This document shows, one piece after another, positions 32,200 to 49,340 of a DNA stretch of 64,000 nt. The DNA comes from the human T2T-CHM13v2.0 reference genome, Homo sapiens, in NCBI RefSeq assembly GCF_009914755.1, contig NC_060928.1, one strand, 5' to 3'. The position numbers and the translations under genes are program-made. Position 1 is the stretch's first letter. Each line of letters starts with the position of its first letter. The notes under the pieces were generated by a model. It was given only the letters and a program-made list of their open reading frames with translations, did not search any database and had not been told where the DNA came from.

Positions 32200-34010
32200 A
32201 ATTTAATAATTATTACAGGTACATAATAGGTGGATATATTTATGGGGTACATGTGATATTTTGATACAGGAATGCAATTTATATTAATACTAATCACATC
32301 AAGGTAATTGGGTTATCTGTCACCTCAAGCATTTATCATTTGTTTGTGTTAGGGACATTCCAATTCCAGGTTTTTGTTATTTTAAAATATACAATAAATA
32401 ATTTTTTCACTATAGTTACCCTGTTGTGCTATAAAGTACTAGATCTTATTCATTCTACATAACTATATTTTTGCATACATTAATGTCCCCCCAACCCTCC
32501 AACTCTTTCCAGCTCCTGTTACCCATCATTCTATTCTGTATTTCTGTGACTTCAAATGTTTTAATTTTTAGCTCCTGTATATGAGTAAGAATAGGCAAAA
32601 TGTGTCTTTCCACACTTCATTAATTTTATTTAAAATAAGGTCCTCCAGTCTCATTCATGTTGTTGCAATTGACAGGATCTCATCTGATTTTTATGGCTGA
32701 ATAATATTCTATTGTGTGTATGTACCACATTTTCTTTATCCTTTTGCTTGCTGATGGACACTTAAGTTGATTGCATGTCCTGGCTATTGTGAATAGTGCT
32801 GCAATAAACATGGGAGTGCAGATATCTCTTTGATATATTAATTTCTTTTTTCCGAGTGCATACTTAGCAGTGAGAAAGCTGGATCATATGGTAGCTGTAT
32901 TTTTAGTTTTTCAAGGAATCTCCAAAATGTTCTCCATACTGGTTGTTCTACTTTACCTTTTCATCAACAGTGTACAAGGGTTCCCTTTTCTCCACATCCT
33001 GTTAGCATTTGTTATTTGCCTGTCGTTTGGATAAAAGACACTTTTTATATGCCTGTTGTCCATTTGCTTGTCTTCTTTTGAGAAATGTCTCTTCAGATAT
33101 TTTTGCCTATTTTTAAATTGGATTATTTAGTTATCTTTTCTATTGAGTTGTGTTAGCTGCTTATATATTCTGAGTATTAATACCTTGTCAGATGGGTATT
33201 TTCTCCCCTTCTGTGGGTTGTCTCTTGACTTTGTTGATAGTTTCCTTTGCTGTGCAGAAGCTTTTTAGCTTGATGTGATCCCATTTTTCCATTTATGCTT
33301 TGGTTGCCTGTGTTTTTGAGGTCTTAGTCAGGACATTTTTGCCAAGACCAATGTCTTGGAGAGTTTCCCTAATGTTTTCTTCCATAGTTCCATAGTTTGA
33401 GGTCTTAGATTTAAGTGTTAATCCATTTTGATTTGATTTTTATATATGGCAAGAGATAGGCGTGTAGGTTCATTCTCTGCATGTGGATATCCAGTTTTCC
33501 AGCACCATTTATTGAGGAATCTGTCCTTTCCTCCATGTATGTTATTGGCACTTTTGTTGAAAATGAATTCACTGTATATGTGTGGATTTATTTCTGAGAT
33601 CTCTACTCTGTTCCATTGGTCTGCGTGTCTGTTTTTATGATACTACCATGCTATTTTGGTTATTATAGCTTTGTAATGTAATTTGAAGTCAGATAATATG
33701 ATTCCTCCAGTTTTATTCTTTTTGTTCATGATGGTTTTGGCTATTCTGGGTATTTTGAATTGTTACATCAAAATTTTAGGATCATTTTTCTATATCTGTG
33801 AAGAATGTCATTAGTATTTTGATATGGATTGCATTCAATCTGTAGATTGCTTAGGTAAGTGTGGATATTTTAACAATATTGATTTTTCAGTTTCATCTTC
33901 AGTTTACTTTATCAGTGTTTCATAGTTTTTATTGTAGAGATCTTTCACTTCTTTGGTTAAGTTTATTCCAGTAAAGTTTACATATTTTATTATTATTGCT
34001 ATTGTAAATG
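32200..34010 (-). mobile_element. L1MA-type LINE-1, 3'UTR and ORF2 end
   Basis: 'ggtacataataggtggatatatttatggggtacatgtgatattttgatacagg' 3' end followed by degenerate antisense ORF2. Confidence 0.88.
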
Positions 34011-34019
34011 GTAATGCTT

Positions 34020-34939
34020 ACCAGGCAAAGTCTCTTTTTCTCTTCCTTCACTTTCCCCTAAACAGAAGGAGACTCTGTGGTAAGGTGGCCTGGAGCTGAG
34101 GGAGGGGTAATGTAAGTACTTCCATTGCCACCACAGCTGGAACTGCACTGGGTCATGCCTGAAGCCAGTGCAGTACTGGGTCTTACCCAAGGTCTGTGAC
34201 AACTGCTGCATGGCTACCACTGATGTTTACGCAAGGTCCAAATGTTCTTTAGTTAGCAAATGGTGAATCCTGCCAGGTCTGGATCCTTCCTTCCGGGCAG
34301 CAGGTTCCCTTCTAGCCCAGGCTGGGTCTAGAAATGCCATCCAGGCGCTGGGGCCTAGAATCAGTGGCTTCAGGAATATGCAGGGTGCTTCATTTTAATG
34401 TAGCTGAGCTGGTTACCAGTTGCAAGACAAAATCCTCTGTACTCCTCCCTCTCCTTTCCTCAAGCAGGAGTCTCTCCCCATGCTGCACAGCCTGGAATTG
34501 GGAGAGGGGTGATGCAAGGACTCCCTTGGCTGCCACAGGTGTTGTCTCACTGGGTCATGTGTACCCCAAGTCCACTGGCTCCAAGTCCAGTGCAGAACTG
34601 GGATTTGCCCAAGGACTGAAGTTCTTGTGACCTGTCTTTCAAAGTTATTTGGGACCCCATGCCACTTTGGTCAGCTGGTGGTGGAGCTAGCTGGAGCTCA
34701 GATTCCTACCCCTAGGAGGGAGGATTCTCCTCTGGCAGGAGGGGAAACCTCTAAATGGTTTCTCTGTGAGCACTGGCAGAATTCGGTTCTGTGTTGTGTT
34801 CTCTTGTGACAAGACAGCACCGAGTCCCAATGCAAAGCCTCACAATCACTTCACTCTCCCTCCCACAAGCTCACAAATTTTCTGTCTGTGCTGCCAGAGG
34901 ATGGAGTAATGGTGGTTTGGGCAATGCAACAGTGTCTTT
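34020..34939 (-). mobile_element. 5' region of the same old L1MA (continues at 36344-36505 beyond the nested L1PA)
   Basis: GC-richer L1M 5'-type sequence; continuity across the nested L1 is shown by its TSD. Confidence 0.6.
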
Positions 34940-34951
34940 CCTATCCTCTTT

Positions 34952-36505
<1,554 letters not shown>

Positions 36506-37303
36506 ACATTATTAAACTTACTATAAATAGTCATGTTGTAACAATAGCAGTATGAAATATGTATGTTAGAATAAACTGTACTTATTTATTAAGAAAATAA
36601 TTTAAAAGGACAGCAGTAAATGAGAATTAGATATCTTTTACCTGTAACCCTACGAATCTAGGATATACTTTAGATATTAATAGTTCATATCCCTTTAAAA
36701 TTAAGAAGTTAGAAAACTAAGATTGTTTATCTTTTATTTTTCAAGTTATATTATTTTTAATTGGATCAGTTAAGTTTATCTCTTAATTTTCTGTGAGAGG
36801 ACAACTGCTTTGTTCCTTATTTAGCTAACTGAATGGGCTGGGACAGCTTCCATAGCATAAGAGATAATATTTATTGATTCAGGGTCTGCGACAGATCTCT
36901 GACCATCTGAATAGATGCTTCACAATTTGCAGCACAGAATTGACCTTCAGTAAACTAACTACCTGTTCTGAGGTGACAGTCACTGGAATCTGAGGTTTGT
37001 ACATTATTCATTTTAGACAATGAAGACGATTTATTTTATAGTTATTTTATGATGTTGAAATTTAAACACATTAAATTAACATCAATAAATTAAATAAGTC
37101 AAAGAAATTCTGACTCCAAAGGTCAAGAAATATAGTACTACTGAAGAATTATATTCAGTATTGACCATTAGAATTAAAAAATATAGAAATATCTAAATAT
37201 ATTCATACTCTTTTTAAGTAATTTTAAAATTGAGACATTTATAATTGTCTCACAAACTATCACATTTGTAATGTAAGTGTAAAACAGTGTAATTTACAAG
37301 TGA

Positions 37304-37645
<342 letters not shown>

Positions 37646-38919
37646 GATAACTTTTTGTTTTAAACTAGCCGTTTCTAAATTAGAGTAGCTGCCATTTTTA
37701 TCACTTTTATAATCTCATTCATTGATTATTTTACTCGTGCTAAAAGTTTGCTCTGAAATTCCATATATATATATATATCTTCTGTTGTTCTTAGTTTGGT
37801 ACATCCCACCTAAAACAGACTACCTACTAATTCTTTTAAATCTCTCTGTTAGGCTCTTTATTGTATACATTTGTAATTATATACAAAATTATTTTCATAC
37901 TCAGCTAGTTATCTCAATACCACACAGTGATTAATTTATGTGTCAGTGAGAAACATTAAGAATTTTATTGCCAAGAGAGACTCACATAAATCAGAATTCT
38001 TATCAGGTTTCAAGAGAGATAGGTGCAGTAGGGGGTGGTCTGGAATATCCCTCTTGCTCCCCAGGCCCTTTCTTTCGGCATCCGATGAGCCCTGGCCCAG
38101 GGTATTGGATGAGGTTTGGAGGGTTGGGTGTGTACCAGTGACCTCATTTGTACAGGAGGAGCCATCTCAATATGAAGCATCTCCATTTTATACTCAGTGA
38201 TACAGCATAGATGGACATTTTTCAGGGAACCATAGCCTATATATTTTTAGATTCCATCTTCATTTTTCATAAGCAATTCAGACATATTCTGCCAAAAGCA
38301 GTATATAGATAAACTGCCCTAGTGAAAACCCTTCAGTTTGTTTGCTAGGAAGTCTGTCATTAGTATGTTTCCAAAGAGATCCTACCAGGTCATCTGCTTT
38401 CTTACTTTCAGGAAAGCAGACACCATTTTCCCCTGTAAGAGGGAAAATGGATCACAGGCTAGCTGCTTAACTCAGGCAGCAAGTGGAAACTTTGAATGCT
38501 CTCCTCAAACTATCTGTTCTATTCTTGCAATCCCCCTCACTTGTATTTTTACCCATTGGTGTTCATTTCCTTTGATCTTAGGGAAATACTTGTTTTCTCA
38601 TTTCTTCTAAGCAAAAATTCTACCACTTGTCCCCATTTTAACTGCTCATCTACTTTAGAACGGTACTCCATCAGTATGTTTCTTCTGCTGTCTTGAGTTT
38701 CTTTCCCATCTCTTCATTGCTGTCAGTTTAAAACACTGCCAAGTTTTCCATCTTTGAAGAAACAAATAAAAAATAATATTTTTCTGTATCCTACTTGCTC
38801 CTAAAGTTCTCCATCCTATCCCTCTTTTTCCCTACAAGGCAAACAGTCGTGACACTTGCCATACTCATTTTCTCACTGCCTATGAATTCCTCGATTTCAT
38901 GTACTTTAGCCATTATAAT

Positions 38920-39128
38920 ACAGGTTCTCAACATCAGCATTATTGAGATTTTGTCCTGGATAATTCCGTGTTAGGGGGACTGTGTTGTGCATTGCAGGAT
39001 GTTAAATAGCATTCATTACCCCTACCTAATAAATGCCAGTGGGACCCCCTGGTTGTGACAACTAAAAATATTTCCAGACATTGCCATGTGTGCCCTGGTA
39101 GATAAAAATTGCCCCCAGTTGAGAACTA
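38920..39128. mobile_element. MER20 (hAT-Charlie DNA transposon)
   Basis: 'ggttctcaac...ggttgtgacaactaaaaatatttccagacattgcca...gttgagaac' with inverted termini. Confidence 0.8.
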
Positions 39129-42100
39129 TCTAAAGGTATCAGTGACTTTGCCAATTTTCTTTTTTTTAATCTTAATTTTGTATTCATTTAACAGTGTTGA
39201 GGACTCTGCGCACTTACTCTCTTTCTTTCACAGTGCGAAATCTCCTGTGGTTATTCTCATTCTTCTTTGCTCTTTTCAGATTCCTTTGGAGGCTTCTTCA
39301 CACCCACACTTTAAACACAGCTATTTCTGCCATTTGATCCTTTATTGCTTTTTTATTTACCTGTCCTATCTAAAAACTTAAGATAGAGGGGAAGTTATAA
39401 GTGGATTCCAAACACAAAGGCTGGGAATTTCTATTATATTGGAAATCTGACAAAATTGAATAGGCACGACAATCACAATATATTAGATTTATGGAAATAT
39501 AATGAGGGCCTATGAAAAATTATTTCCATAGGGAGAATAGCCAAAACTCTGAAGGCAATTATCTTTGGAGTGGATATAGAGAAATATGCAGTGATTTTGC
39601 CCTAATAGTTAATGGATTCTCTCCTTTTTTTTTGATGTATATTGCTATTGTAATTTTTGTTTTTATACAACTATATTTCAGCCTGCTTTTAAAATAGTCA
39701 AGTAATTCTTAATATCCCCTTCTGTGTCTAAAGTCACTTTGGAGAAGCAGCAATTCTGTCATTTAAAGTAGGACCTCCCTATTAGAATCAGAAATGTAAT
39801 ACATTGTAATACTATTTTCTACTCTCACTGCTATCACTGACCATTATGCATTATTTTTCCAAATTGAAAGCAGCTTAAGTCAAGCAAAAGGCAGTGGCAA
39901 AAGTTGCGGGCATTGTGCAAGCAGCATGTATTAAACAATCCAGGAAACTTGGCAACCCCCAGAGACACAGACGTTGCCCACTTCTGCCCTGCAGTGTGGC
40001 CTCTGCTACTGCTGTCTCTGCTTTGTCTCCTTCAGAGCTTCCCAGGGACTGTGCCTCAGGCTGAATTGTGCCTCAGGCTGGCTCTGGTCCAAGAGGAGCT
40101 TGTGGTGTGCAGAGGGCATGTGTTGGGGAGGGGTGGGAAGTTTTGACTATGACTTTAGAAAAAACGAAAATCTATAAAATACCTTTAGTGTCTAAAAATA
40201 AAAAAAGTAATAAAGTAATAAAATGTACTAAATTAGTGATCACAAACACTTTTGTAATATTTTCATGCTTTTCCACACTTCTTTGTTTTTTAAAGGCTTT
40301 TGGTACCTCCTAATCTTTCATATGCTGTAAGAATATGCACTTGTATTTTATCTTTATGAAACTTGTCTGAAATAAAAGTGCATTGTTTAAAAATCAAAGG
40401 TACACTTTCTTCTAAAACACAATATGAACAAAGTAGGAAAACTTACAAAATTGGAATACTTTTTTGTCAGTTAGATGTGATTTTATTTTAATCAAGTACA
40501 TGGTATAATGAAAAGAATGATTGATTTGTTCAGAACACTGAACTCCAATGTTACCTGTTTCAGAAGATAATAATAATACTGCCCACCTCATACAGTTGTC
40601 ATAGAATCAAATAATATAGTTTATGTGAAAAGGCTTTGTAAGATTTAAAGTGCTATACAAGTGAATATGACAGTTGTTTTATCAATAACGTGTCAAAACT
40701 AGAAACATTGAAAAACAAATAGTATTGCCTTTTAAAGTAGTGATTTAGAAAAGAAATATTTTAAAAGTCAAACTCACATTTAGGGTATATCTTTACCATG
40801 ACAGTGTTAGTTCCTTTCAGCCACAACTAAAAATTCCTAAATGTTCAAGTTATTTATCTATTAGATCTTTATAAGGGTAATGTGCTATTTACTTGATTTG
40901 TATTTGGCTATTTTTTGAAAAGTCATACATTTTTCACAGTCTTCAAAATCGATTTATAATCACTTAGAAAAAAATTAATTGAGCAGTATGCTTAAGATTT
41001 GAATGCTATGATTTATGTTATACTTTAGTTAGAAAGTTTACTCAACTCAGTTATTTTCTGATTATTAAACTGGGAAAAAAGCATCTGCTCAGAAGACAGG
41101 TGTCTTGGCTATTTACAGAGAAATTTAATTTGCATTTTTTTATTTCTTAAATAAATACAAGTTTAACCATTGTAGACATTTATGTGACTACTTATGTAAC
41201 TTATATAATAACTCGATAAATTACTAATTTTAAAGTATCTTTTGTCAAATTTTAAGGTAATGCTATTCAAAATAGGCAATAACTTCAAAGACCAAAAAAT
41301 AACATAGAAGAAAATAATGATAGATTATTTATTTTCCTTTAAGAATAAATTTTGAACGTAGTATATTTAGTAGTAATGGTCATTTCTATGATAATTTAAG
41401 ATCTCTAATCTTTTGTGAGAGAAACTTTTGTAACACACTCGAGTTTTTGCACTTGTCTTTCTTCTTTCTTTATTCTATTGGAAGGATACTTCCACCAGTA
41501 GGTTATTCAGCTTGAATATTTAAACTATCAGGGATTAGAACTAGAGGGTAACCAGCTGTCAGATAATTCATATCATGTATTAGGCTTCAGTTGGGATGAG
41601 ACAGTATATCTCAGCATGCTGTTACCTTCAGTAAGATTTATGTTCCAAAGTGTGGATACATTAATACAAATAGTGATTTTAAATGAAAAGCAGATCAGCC
41701 ACCTAGCTATGGTTCATGAATCACAGTGATTCTCACTTTATCTTTCTCTCTTTTATTTTTTAATAATAATAATAAAAGTAGGTAGAAAGTATCTCTGAGC
41801 CAAGTGGGTGCCAGAGTACATTGATGCTAAAGCTTTAACTTGACCCAGCCGTCCACTGGAAGTTGCTATAGCTGAGAAAAAAAGAAGTGAGGCATAGATG
41901 CTGGGTTTACATTTAGAAAAAGAGAAAGGAACTATTAATGCGTGCTTTTCTCTAATAGCATTTATCTCTCTAGGAAGTCCTGCATAACAAAAGAAGTTGG
42001 GATGCCATTAAGTTTTATGAAGTGATACTATGATTTCTTGAAGGGAACTTACTATTACGCTGCTGGAAGCCTGTAAGGTCTGTTAACTAAAGAAGTTCAA

Positions 42101-43478
42101 AGATAGCCACAGTTGTTCAGTATATAGTTTTGCTTTGTATTTTTTTGATTCAGTGCAGTGGGGTTGAACATAAAAGATGCTTGAATCTTCAGCTTTTCAT
42201 GATTCTCTGCTTGTTATAAATAGACTATTAAGTAATTTTTAGGAAATCAGAACAAGCGACCTATTCAAATGATTTCTACAGAATTTTTTTTTCCTTTTGT
42301 AAAACAATATAAAATACAGTGATTTATAAATTTTGGTACTATAGCTTTGCTAAAAATTTCTATATTATTTAAAAAATAAGAATACTTTTACCATAAGATA
42401 GGAAATTATTCTGGTTCAATAAGCAAGCCTATTTTACTGAAACAATAGATAAAAACTTCACTAAAAATATTTTTTTCTTTTTTTTTCTTTTTTTAAGAAG
42501 CATGAGTGCATAATAAAGTAACAGTAGAAATGCTCAGGATAAAACAGCAACCCAAATTAAAGAGAGTGTTAAAAAGATGATTTTATTAGATGGACTTAAT
42601 GTCCACCTAATGGACAAATAAAGTAAATTCTGTTTGACCCAGTGCTAACTATGTGCCCGTTATGCATTAGGTACTATTTTAGGGCATGGGGATGACATAG
42701 TCAACAGGAAGAGAAGATTTCTTTACTTGTGGCAGCTGAGTTACATGGTATTAAAAGAAACTAAAAGAAAGTCTTGAATCTGAAACATTTAGATTTCCTA
42801 CCAGAGTCCTGAAATGCCTGCATTCTGAAAATAGAGGCTCCTTTCCCACAAGGACACCTTACTAGAATAAGTAAGAAATTACTAGTTCTGGATTCTATTA
42901 CAGATCTAAGTAATCAATCAAATGGTGAACAGCCCACAACCAAATCTGAAAATAGAAGTGAGGGGATATAATTGGCTTATAATTATTGGTGAGGTAGAGC
43001 AAAGGTTTAAGTAAAGTGAGTCCAATGCATTTCTTCAGTGAACGTTGTGGACTACCATGAGCCAGAAACTGGGCATTATGTCTTCCAAGAAATGTAAGAC
43101 AGCTTTTTTTTTTTTTAAACTTTGAAAGGTTGTATTATACATTTGTTCAGATAATCTGTTTCCACGAATTGTCAGATTCACAAAACAGAACTTGTAGGAA
43201 GTAGAACTCAGAGAAGTAAAATGAGGTATCTTCATCTCTATTTTTATTTTTTCCCCTCTGTCCCCTTTTTCTGCCTCTTCTTAGTGTCAACTTATTTCTT
43301 AAAAATAAAAGCATTACTGAAAATAACAAAACTCAGTTGCATATTAATAGTATCAGACTCAAGAGAACAGATAAATTAGATATTGCTTCTTCTACTGTTC
43401 CCGCATGTGAATCTTTTACTTTAAAGAAAAAGTTAACCAAACTTACTTTCATGCTTTATAGAACGAGCATCACTTTAG

Positions 43479-44500
<1,022 letters not shown>

Positions 44501-47100
44501 TCACCTCTCTGTGGAAAGGGACACAGCTGAAGCCATGCCTTTTACATAGGGTGCTCTCTTGCCTACACAGTTGTAACCGGGAGTGGTTCAAGACAAGACA
44601 TAGACTCAACAGTTTTGATGATGAATTGTGGAAAAGAACATAGCACTAATCAGGAATTAGACAAGAAACAGAATAACAGAATTTCTCAGAAACAAACACA
44701 AAACAAACAAAACGAAACAAAAAAAGAAATAAAACCAAGAAAAAAATCAGAAGAAAAAAACAAACAGAAATTCAGCAAACGTGAAATGCTATTGCCACTT
44801 GAAAGTCACTTTGAGATCCAAGAAGAGACATGCCTGGTCTTAATCAGACCGTGAAGTTACTTCTCCAGCAATGCAGTTTAAGTGGTTCTAGCATGTGAGT
44901 TTACTTCAGCATCTCAGTGAGTTGTCCACAATTGTCAAAGTGTAATTTTCAAAAGTTTAAAAATGATTTTTTACAAATATAGATTGGACAAGAATCAAAG
45001 ATCTACTCAATTCATTAATAAGAAAACCTGCACAATAGTAAATTGGTTCAAAGAGCATTTGATTAACTGGATATTTGTAGCAATTTGATAGAAGAATGCT
45101 AGAGTAATATTGGAAAGTTGGATACAAAATCGGTTCAGGTCCTGCAGGACAATTATCAATTACTAGACAAAAACATTTGTATCATCATTGGATACAAATT
45201 TGCAAGTTACTTTTTAACTTCACTGAGTCAGAGCTCTTACAGTAAATAGCAAAATCAAACAATTATATAATCTATTGAATGTAGTAATCTTTGGGAAAGC
45301 CTTTTAGATAATACTTCAGTATGCGATCACCTTCTTGGCCTTCTTTCTGTTTTGTATTCTTAACACAACCATTACCTTGGTGAGCTCAAGAGAAACCAAG
45401 AGAACAGCAATTTAGACCAAGAGAAATTCATGTATAATTGCGATAATGCACAAAGTATTTCAGTAAGGCAGGAGAGTTAGAATAAAGGTGAGATGCTATG
45501 ATAGAAAGGGGTAGGAGATAGAGAAGAGCTAGGCCAGGGAGAGTCACTATTATATAATGAGGGTTTGGGTAGGAAGTCAGGAGCGATTGACTTTTTTTAA
45601 GCGATTGGTTTTAAGCAGGAAAGTAGCACAAACAGATAGGCCTTCTGGAATCATCATTCATTTAATTTTAAATATATTAAATGAATTCATTATGTGGCTA
45701 TAGGTTAGAGTAAAAAATACTTTACATAAAAAAAGACAGTGTTCTTTATTATTGTGACTACAGAACAGCACATTGCTTTTTTGTTGACATTTGAGATAAA
45801 CTTTATATTGCAATTTGTTTGAGATACTTTGCTGCCAAAAAAAAAAAGTTTTCTCTCAGCATTTAGCCAAAGTTTCATATTATTTATTCAATTATGCATT
45901 GTTTTATGCTTGTTCTTAAAAATAATAGAGTTGTGTATTTAAAAGCTTTCCCATTAGTGAATAGTTACCCAATAATCATGAACTTATCAATTAAATCTAT
46001 TAGGGAGAATGGCAATAATGACGTTCCTAAGAGAAGGACACCAATGAATTATTTATATTTTGGCTATTTTTCTTTTATTCAGTAGTTTGTGTACCATTCT
46101 AATATTATGACTTCAATTATAAAATACCACAATTTATTAGTGACTGAAGTCACACAGCCCAATTTATGATAAACCTATTTTCTAGTCACAAACCAAACTG
46201 TCATTCTGTAAAATATCCTCATAGTCTTGCACATAGGGTAGTGTGAAAGGTGACAAAAGGTAACAGGAAGAATTTATAAAAGTCAAAAATCTTATGTGTA
46301 GGCAGTGGATGTGACTATAGGGATTTATACTTATTGTATTGTAAGTAGCAGCGGGTTTTTGGTTTGGCTCCTGTGTGTTAATTCTGAAATCAACTACCTT
46401 ATTCAAAGGCATTATTTTTTCTAAAAGACACTGGACATGAAGAAACAAGTAGCCAGAGATGCAGTTGGCATGAGCTGATTGCAAGATTATTTTCTAATTA
46501 AAATACGTCATGGCAAAGAAAGAATAATTAGGTATCATATAGGCTTCTTCATTGACAGAAAATAAAAGTGCCACACTTAATTTTTAAACCATTCACAAAT
46601 CCAATTCATGCGTAAAGTGAACTTAAAGATGACAGACTAATTAATTAATGATGAGTGGATTAGAAATGAGAAATACAAACAAACATGTCTGAAGAGAGGT
46701 AGTAATTATATATAAGCTTGTAGGTTGTCAGGATTTTCTTAAGTATTTATTATTAGGAGACCTTAAGATGTTTTTCCTAATACCTAAGAATATGAGCTTT
46801 CTATGACATTTCATCTATAATTTTCATGATTAAGCCTTATATAACATTTTCCCTTTTCTTTTTTAGCCCTATGAAAGCAAATATTTGTTCCCTAAATTTG
46901 CTCATTGTCAGGGATGGAAAATTTGGAAAGTTAATATTTATTGGAAGTTTATTATATATCAAAACTTACATAGTCATATTTCCCCCATGAAAAACTGTGC
47001 ACTTTTAGTAAATGGATGTAGTCATTAAAATTCTTTCTCCTATTGAATCCTACCTCCCTGTAACTTGTGTATTGTTCTCTGTTGCAACACACAATTCTGC

Positions 47101-47200
47101 AGTGTTGGCCAGGCTGGACTCAAACTCCTGATTTTAAGTGATCCTCCCGCCTTGTCTTTCCAAAGTGCTGGGATTACAGGCGTGAGCCATCACGCCCGAC
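47101..47200 (-). mobile_element. Alu left-arm fragment
   Basis: 'gttggccaggctggactcaaactcctg...ccaaagtgctgggattacaggcgtgagcc'. Confidence 0.85.
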
Positions 47201-48459
47201 ATAGATATTTATAGCTTTTTTATATTTTTGGCTTTTATAAAATATGTATATTCTTTCAATATTAAGAACACTCACCATTTCTATGCCATGGATACACTGT
47301 TTTGGGAAATAATCTTTAAAAACATGTTACATTCATAGAAAAATAGCATAAATCACATGTCTGAAAACTGATTAGAAAGTGATAATTAATCCTTTTTTTC
47401 TAGACACTAGACCTTAGATTTTCTAAATTTTGTTTTATTCCAAGAGAATTTGGCCTTGACTGCAGAAATTTCCACAGAATGATTATTTTGGCTACTGACT
47501 AGGTTAACTGACAGTTATGTAATCTTGAGTTAAAGGACTAAAGAGACAATAGTAGATTTATTTATTTTGGTGGTATAGATTTAGTTAAAGAGTTATCCTT
47601 AGGATCACTGATAATGTGGAGGAACAATATTTCAGATTCCAAACATAGGATTCTACATGTGTCATGTAAGAAAGTGTAAAATGAATAAAAACACTTAGGA
47701 CCAATTTGAACTGACAATTCTGTGCTTTCATTAATAGACTATTGAATCTCAACCAGTTTTCACCTGTCTTCTTCCTAGACTTAATTTGAAGTGACTGGGT
47801 TTAAGTAAGAATGGTTTAAGTAAGAACAGGCTGTTAAAGACTTCAAAAACATTTAATAAATTTATGATTTCCCTTATCATTATGTGAGAAGAACTACAAA
47901 TCAGCTTGGTCCTTTCCTTGAGGATATGTGTCCTAGATTTGTGTCTTTGAGTAAAGGTATTGCATAGGGAGTTTATTTTTGCTTTGATTGTCAAGAAAGT
48001 AGCAATCCTGGTGATGATGGTGGTGCGTGTATACTTTGCTAAAGTGAATCCAATATGTAAAAATACACATTTATAAAGCAAGGGAATTCAGCCAGTTTTT
48101 TTGCATACAATTTATAATAAATATACTCAATAGCAAATCCTTCTGCATTCGTCAGCAATATTAGCTGATGTTTATTAATGGCTGATGTTTATTAATCTAC
48201 AGACTGGCCCTAAGCCTAAAATCAAAGGTGAACACATCACAAATGGTTTATTTACAAAACATTACAAACTGCAAGACAAGGTAATATCTGGCCTAGAAAA
48301 TAAGGTGAAGTAGAAAAAACAGAACTTGCAATCAGAATCAATAAGGCCTGAATATCTGTTCTCTGGCTCTTCCCATGTACCAGTTCTCTATTCACTTCCA
48401 TCAATTATGTTTGTAAAAGGTGGTTGAATGAAGAAAGCAGAATTGCACAGAAGGATAAG

Positions 48460-48780
48460 TTGAAATGTAATGCAGTGGGAACAGGGCCTCAACTGATCAT
48501 ATAATGAACTCTCAGACTGAGATGAGTCTTCATATTTGCTCTACATCAGGGCAAGAGGAAGCATTCTCTATACCTCCATATTGATCAAGGAGTGCAGACT
48601 GCTCGGAGAAGGGGTTGTGACCCACAGTGGACAAGGCAGTAAGGGCTGAGAGCTGAGGCCAAGTCGTGAAGAGGGATTTAGTTGAGAGCAGATAGTAGTC
48701 AAAACACAGCAGCTGGGAGAATGCATGTTTCAGTCCTGATTGTGGGGATCTGGAAAGTATAGCACTTCAGCCATTGGAGT
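48460..48780. mobile_element. Old ERVL-family LTR fragment (subfamily uncertain)
   Basis: 'agcagctgggagaatgcatgtttcagtcctg...ggggatctgg' resembles ERVL LTR motifs. Confidence 0.35.
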
Positions 48781-48916
48781 ATCTGTCTTCACAAAAATCC
48801 CTTAAAGTTAGACATTATTATTTTTCACATACTACAAATGAGGAAATTGAGATATATAGATAGTAATTAATACTAATAAATATGCTAATGTAGTTGTTTT
48901 TAATCTTTTTTTTTTA

Positions 48917-49340
48917 CAAGATCCCTTAACATTCTTAAAAATTACTGAGGATCAAAAAGAATGTTGGTTTCTGTGAGTTGTATCAATTAATACTTACCTA
49001 ATTAATAATGAAAACAGACATCTGAAAAAAAGTAAGCTATTTTCAGATAATAGTATTTAACCCATTATATGTTAAATAAAATAATTTTTTAGAAACATCT
49101 ATATTTTCCCAAACAAAAAAAATGATGAGAAGTGCGGTATTGCTTTACAGTTTTGCAAATTTCTTCATTGTCTGGCTGGGATTTTCTCTTTCTTCATTCA
49201 ATCTGGTGCAATATGTTGTTTTGTGAAGAATATTAGCCCACACATAGATATGTTGTTCAAAAAGGGTAGTTCCTCACAGTTTAGTTGAAGGCAGGATCTG
49301 AAGCCATATTGATGAATTTTTTATACTCTGAAATAAAATG
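48917..49340. mobile_element. Charlie1-type hAT DNA transposon fragment
   Basis: 'cccttaacattcttaaaaattactgagga' and 'gagaagtgcggtattgctttacagttttgcaaatttc' resemble Charlie1. Confidence 0.6.

Noticed and set aside
44615-44854. Lys/Gln/Asn-rich 79-aa ORF
   Set aside because: Arises from an A-rich low-complexity tract
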